Below are positions 60,701-64,000 of a stretch of 64,000 nt of DNA, one piece after another. A program made the translations under genes and the position numbers. The stretch is from Podarcis tiliguerta (Eukaryota): the NCBI GenBank assembly GCA_965153285.1, contig OZ229112.1; one strand, given 5' to 3'. Every line of letters starts with the position of its first letter. Positions within the stretch are counted from its first letter, which is position 1. The notes under the pieces were generated by a model. That model was not told the DNA's origin and searched no databases. It worked only from the letters and a program-made list of their open reading frames with translations.

Positions 60701-63159
60701 TGGGGTCATCCAATACACGGATAGTGGCATATGGGGGGGGGGGGAGCAGGTGCTACCAGCCAGCCAGTCGGCAGGAGCGTGGCTTCCCCCGATGCCGCAG
60801 CGAGCGATCTGGGGGGTGATTCCTGCCCGCATCTGCGGGGGGGGGGGGAGAGAAGCTGCATGCAGCCAGCCAGCTCATTGGCGGGAGTGCAACTTCCCCG
60901 ATGCTGCTGCACATGGTGGGTGCTCCCTGGGTCATTTCCCGTGTGCGGCGGCATTGGGGGAGGTTGCACTCCCGTCAACCGGATGACTGGTGAGAGTGCA
61001 ACTTCCCCTGATGTCGCTGCAGGTGGGAAACGATGCAGGGAGTGTTTCCTGCCTGCAGCTGTGTAGGGGGAGAGGCTCAACAACTTTGGGCCATCTCCCC
61101 TTGTTTTCCTAAAATTGAGTCCCCAAAAATGGGGGGGGTCCTTATACTTGGGGGTGTCTTAAAGTCGAAAAAATACTGTAATTGAAAGTAGGGACTTGGT
61201 TTTGTGAAAACATTAAAGGGTAGTGAACGTGAATAATAAATCTCTTGTACTTTTCCCTAATGTAGTGAAGCTGGCAATTTGGGAATCGTCATTGGATAAT
61301 TTTGTAGAATCTATCCAGTCAATACCTGAGGTATTCACTACTTCATTGGTCTTACGTACTATTATTAAATTGAGCTATTTGCAACATATATTCGCTCTTA
61401 ATGTCTCGCTACTCTCTTTTTAACAGATACTAAAGTCAAGAAGGAAGGTGAAGCTCTCTCATGCTGATGTGATGCAGAAAATTGGGGAATTATTTGCGTT
61501 GAGGTATCTTCATTAAAACAAGGAAACTTAACTTAATTCCCAGGACACTTCGTTGTTATTTATTTCAATTATAAATAGCTTCCCACAAGGCATCCTGAAG
61601 ACATTTACAATATATTTTGATCTTTTACATCCAGCGACCTTCGTTTTCTACCCCCTGCCTTCACTACCAACACAGTTATTGGTTCCCTTTTAAGAAGCAA
61701 AACTTCCTATAGAAATCTAGCATCATCTTTTTAAAGATATCCTAAGCTCACACCCAAAGTCAAGCGATTTAGGGCACCAAGGATTAGAAACAAAAATGTT
61801 AAATACAGTGGAAGAGCACAATGCAGTCATGTCTCTTCCTACACACCCCAGTTAGCACCATATTATCTAAACACTTGGAAATACGTACCCTGTTAACTGG
61901 TGTTTATTAAACATGAAACTAGAATCTTCAGTTGAATGGAAAACTTATTGAATAACATTATGGATTTATTGTAACAGTTTTTAAGAGCTACAGTGTACGG
62001 TGCAGCTGCATTTAAGCCTTCATATGTGATAAGAGCATAAGCAAGTGTGTCGTTAAAACCTTGACAAGGTCTGTATTTTCCCCAAATCCTGTTTCTGGGA
62101 TTGTCTGTAATAGACCGGTATGATTTGTGAAGGGTAATGGTAAATAAAGCTTAGATCAGCTGCTGAGAGCAGGGAATCTCTTTTTGTTTAGAGATGGGAG
62201 ATAAGCCCTAAATCCTTTAATCATAAGAATTTAGAAGTACCACTGAGAAGTACTAATCATGAGAAGTCCTGCTGCAGGAACAGGTCTTAACCAGAGAGCA
62301 GGATTGTTTCCAGATCTTATTGGTAGGATAGTGTAGTCAAGGGAAAAAAGCGGTTCAGTAGCATAGTTGTTTGTTCAAAAATAATGGGTGGAATTCAATG
62401 TCCTGCTATTCCAAAAGTTCCATCTGCGCAAGTGTATCAGTGTGCCAGACAGAACAATTTCCATGTGCTGTTCTGAAGCTTCTCCTGCGCCAATGGGGGG
62501 GGCATGTGGGGGGGGGAGCCCTGTTGTGGAACCCCTTCTGCAGGACTTCCACTGACAGGATTCATTAGGTGAATTCCACCCAATTTCTTACTTAAATTTG
62601 TACCTTTTTAAAGTAATGAATATTTACTTTTTACTTCCTCTCAAAGAAGCCCATAAGGGAATACGAAAATCATCACTTTGTTTTGAGTGACCAGTATAGC
62701 CTTCATAGAGCCTTCATGGTTTGGCACAAAAAGTAGCCTGAAATACCCCTTTTTCACTGTGATAAAATCATATTTTCCTGGTGTGAGGCACACCATAGGT
62801 TGCCATTTTGTTGGTACTGGAAAATTATTATTTTTCTTCAAGCAAGTGAAGCAGCTGTAGCATGTGATAGAAAAATGGATTGTGTAAGCCTGAGAGTTTT
62901 CCAGTGCTTATTCATTTTGTGTCAAACCATGGTTTGGCATTACATCTGAACCACCTAGGTATAATTATTAACTCAGATTAGGAGGGAAGAACCACCCATA
63001 ATTGCTCTGAATCTATGTATTTACCTACCTTTCCTCAGGCACCGCATAAATCTGAGTTCCGACCTGCTGATGACTCCAGATTTCTATTGGGATAGAGAGC
63101 ATCTTGAACAGTTATATGATAAAACTTGCCAGTTTCTCAGCATTAATCGCAGAGTTAAG
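51240..63159 (+). CDS. RMND1: Required for meiotic nuclear division 1 homolog (mitochondrial, DUF155), coding exons 2-10; continues beyond the right edge
   Basis: Exons 51240-51737, 55559-55667, 57168-57243, 58138-58177, 59051-59151, 59950-60056, 61266-61330, 61427-61503 and 63039-63159 (1194 nt, open). Sizes 109/76/40/101/107/65/77/121 match the recalled human structure. Motifs [65 protein letters not shown]. Confidence 0.96.
52731..53096. mobile_element. Tc1/mariner-pogo MITE, same family as 40280-40582
   Basis: TA-flanked TIRs and GCAAGACGAA repeats. Confidence 0.92.
53501..53764. mobile_element. hAT (Charlie-like) MITE
   Basis: CAGGGGTCAG / CTGACCCCTG TIRs; perfect 8-bp TSD GTCTAAAC. 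Confidence 0.92.
54184..54339. mobile_element. hAT-type MITE
   Basis: CAGTACTTTTTTT / AAAAAAAGCACTG ends; TSD GCCCTAGG/GCCTTAGG. Confidence 0.8.
55559..55667 (+). CDS. RMND1: RMND1 exon 3
   Basis: cacag|GATCTG...AGAG|gtagac; encodes [23 protein letters not shown]. Confidence 0.95.
56489..56703. mobile_element. Tc1/mariner-pogo MITE
   Basis: Perfect 17-bp TIRs CAGTGGTACCTCGGGTT; TA TSD. Confidence 0.93.
56801..56985. mobile_element. Tc1/mariner-pogo MITE
   Basis: TA|CAGTGGTACCTC...GAGGTATGACTG|TA. Confidence 0.85.
57168..57243 (+). CDS. RMND1: RMND1 exon 4
   Basis: acaag|ATGCAG...TTCAG|gtaaac; encodes (D)[25 protein letters not shown]. Confidence 0.9.
58138..58177 (+). CDS. RMND1: RMND1 exon 5
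   Basis: tacag|GGAAGG...AAAACA|gtaagt; encodes [13 protein letters not shown]. Confidence 0.93.
59051..59151 (+). CDS. RMND1: RMND1 exon 6
   Basis: tctag|ATGAAG...GGAGA|gtaagt; encodes [30 protein letters not shown]. Confidence 0.95.
59950..60056 (+). CDS. RMND1: RMND1 exon 7
   Basis: tacag|AGCAC...TTCTG|gtaagt; encodes [34 protein letters not shown]. Confidence 0.95.
60644..61178. mobile_element. Tc1/mariner-pogo non-autonomous element with a GC-rich internal repeat
   Basis: TA|CCATATTTTTCC...CGAAAAAATACTG|TA; same terminal type as 46870-47233. Confidence 0.85.
61266..61330 (+). CDS. RMND1: RMND1 exon 8
   Basis: tgtag|TGAAG...CCTGAG|gtattc; encodes [22 protein letters not shown]. Confidence 0.95.
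61427..61503 (+). CDS. RMND1: RMND1 exon 9
   Basis: aacag|ATACTA...TTGAG|gtatct; encodes [26 protein letters not shown]; preceded by a 96-nt intron. Confidence 0.95.
62386..62581. mobile_element. MITE with 3-bp TSD (Harbinger-like)
   Basis: 12-bp TIRs GGGTGGAATTCA / TGAATTCCACCC flanked by AAT. Confidence 0.75.
63039..63159 (+). CDS. RMND1: RMND1 exon 10
   Basis: ctcag|GCACCG...GTTAAG|gtaggc; encodes [40 protein letters not shown]. Confidence 0.95.
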
Positions 63160-63841
63160 GTAGGCACACAATTCCAGCTTTCCTGCCTCAGCGAAAACTT
63201 CAGTTTTTGCCAATTGTTCACAGATTGGTTCACCTCAAAGAAGTCTTAAACTTTTCATCCTTCTCCATTTTCTTCTTCTGTTTTCTTGGTCATCTTGGTC
63301 GTGTGTGTCACCTTGGGCTTCTTGGAGGAAAGACAGGACATAAAATTAAGTAAATAACGGCACTTGATGTGTACAAGTATTTCATTGTTGATGAGCAAGA
63401 ATATGGGCATGGACTCAAAGTGACCCATGTGTAGTTAGAAGATACTTCTGCCTAGTATTGGCTGGGGGATTGTTGATTCTTCCCACTTCACAGGGCGTAT
63501 ACTACCCTCTTTACAGGCCATTCCAGAGGGTCCACCAAATTTTGGGAGCATCTTTTCTAGGAGCAAAGGGCTTCCATGGGGCAGTGCACATGCAGAACAT
63601 TACGTGGTTTGGGGCTTCATGCCATTAATTTTAAACAAACAAAAAAACCCAATCCCAGTAGTAAACTGGTATTCTGTTTGCTTTCTTAGCAAGGTGAAAT
63701 ATTTGGAAATCTTATTCTCTCTCTCTCTTGGGTAATATGTCCAGTTTTTTCCATTCCTACTCAGAGCTGGCTTGCTGGTATTGTATTTAATTTTGTTAAT
63801 TACAGTATAGTTTTCTCATATAGCAAGCTCATCCCGCATTA

Positions 63842-63993
63842 TAGTGGTACCTTGGGTTAAGAACTGTTCTTAACCTGAGGTGCCACTTTAGCTAATGGGT
63901 CTCCTGCCGCCACTGCACGATTTCTGTTCTCATCCTGAAGCAAAGTTCTTAACCCGAGGTACTATTTCTGGATTAGCGGCGTCTGTAACCTGA
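63842..63993. mobile_element. Truncated Tc1/mariner-pogo MITE
   Basis: Same family as 24248-24480; internal deletion and right TIR absent. Confidence 0.8.
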
Positions 63994-64000
63994 TTCCCAC

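Noticed and set aside
1-64000. Perfect estrogen response element (GGTCAnnnTGACC), looked for because ESR1 is expected nearby
   Set aside because: Only half-sites were noticed by eye; a motif scan would be needed.

Overview
Vertebrate genomic DNA, very probably from a lacertid lizard (Podarcis-type Sauria SINE, Squam2/Squam3-type SINEs, squamate hAT, Tc1/mariner and Harbinger MITEs). The window is the conserved RMND1-ARMT1-CCDC170 block that lies next to ESR1 in other amniotes. It holds CCDC170 exons 1-7 (minus strand, running off the left edge), TWO intact tandem 5-exon copies of ARMT1 (DUF89 damage-control phosphatase, minus strand, 441 and 440 aa), and RMND1 exons 2-10 (plus strand, running off the right edge), head-to-head with the upstream ARMT1 copy. 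All exons were placed by hand from GT-AG sites, open frame and exon phase. Main observations: (1) the ARMT1 pair is an old duplication (exons 2-4 are 76-89% identical, introns are decayed), yet the catalytic-domain exon is 98.4% identical, which points to exon-limited gene conversion; (2) CCDC170 intron 6 contains an inverted copy of the start of a downstream CCDC170 exon with its splice acceptor, fused to a perfect 44-bp inverted copy of nearby intron sequence, which could fold back on the pre-mRNA; (3) the duplicated bidirectional promoter seems to keep an orphan RMND1-like first exon pointing antisense into the other ARMT1 copy. Comparisons to human proteins and repeat consensus sequences are from recall, not from a database search, and identity figures are hand counts.
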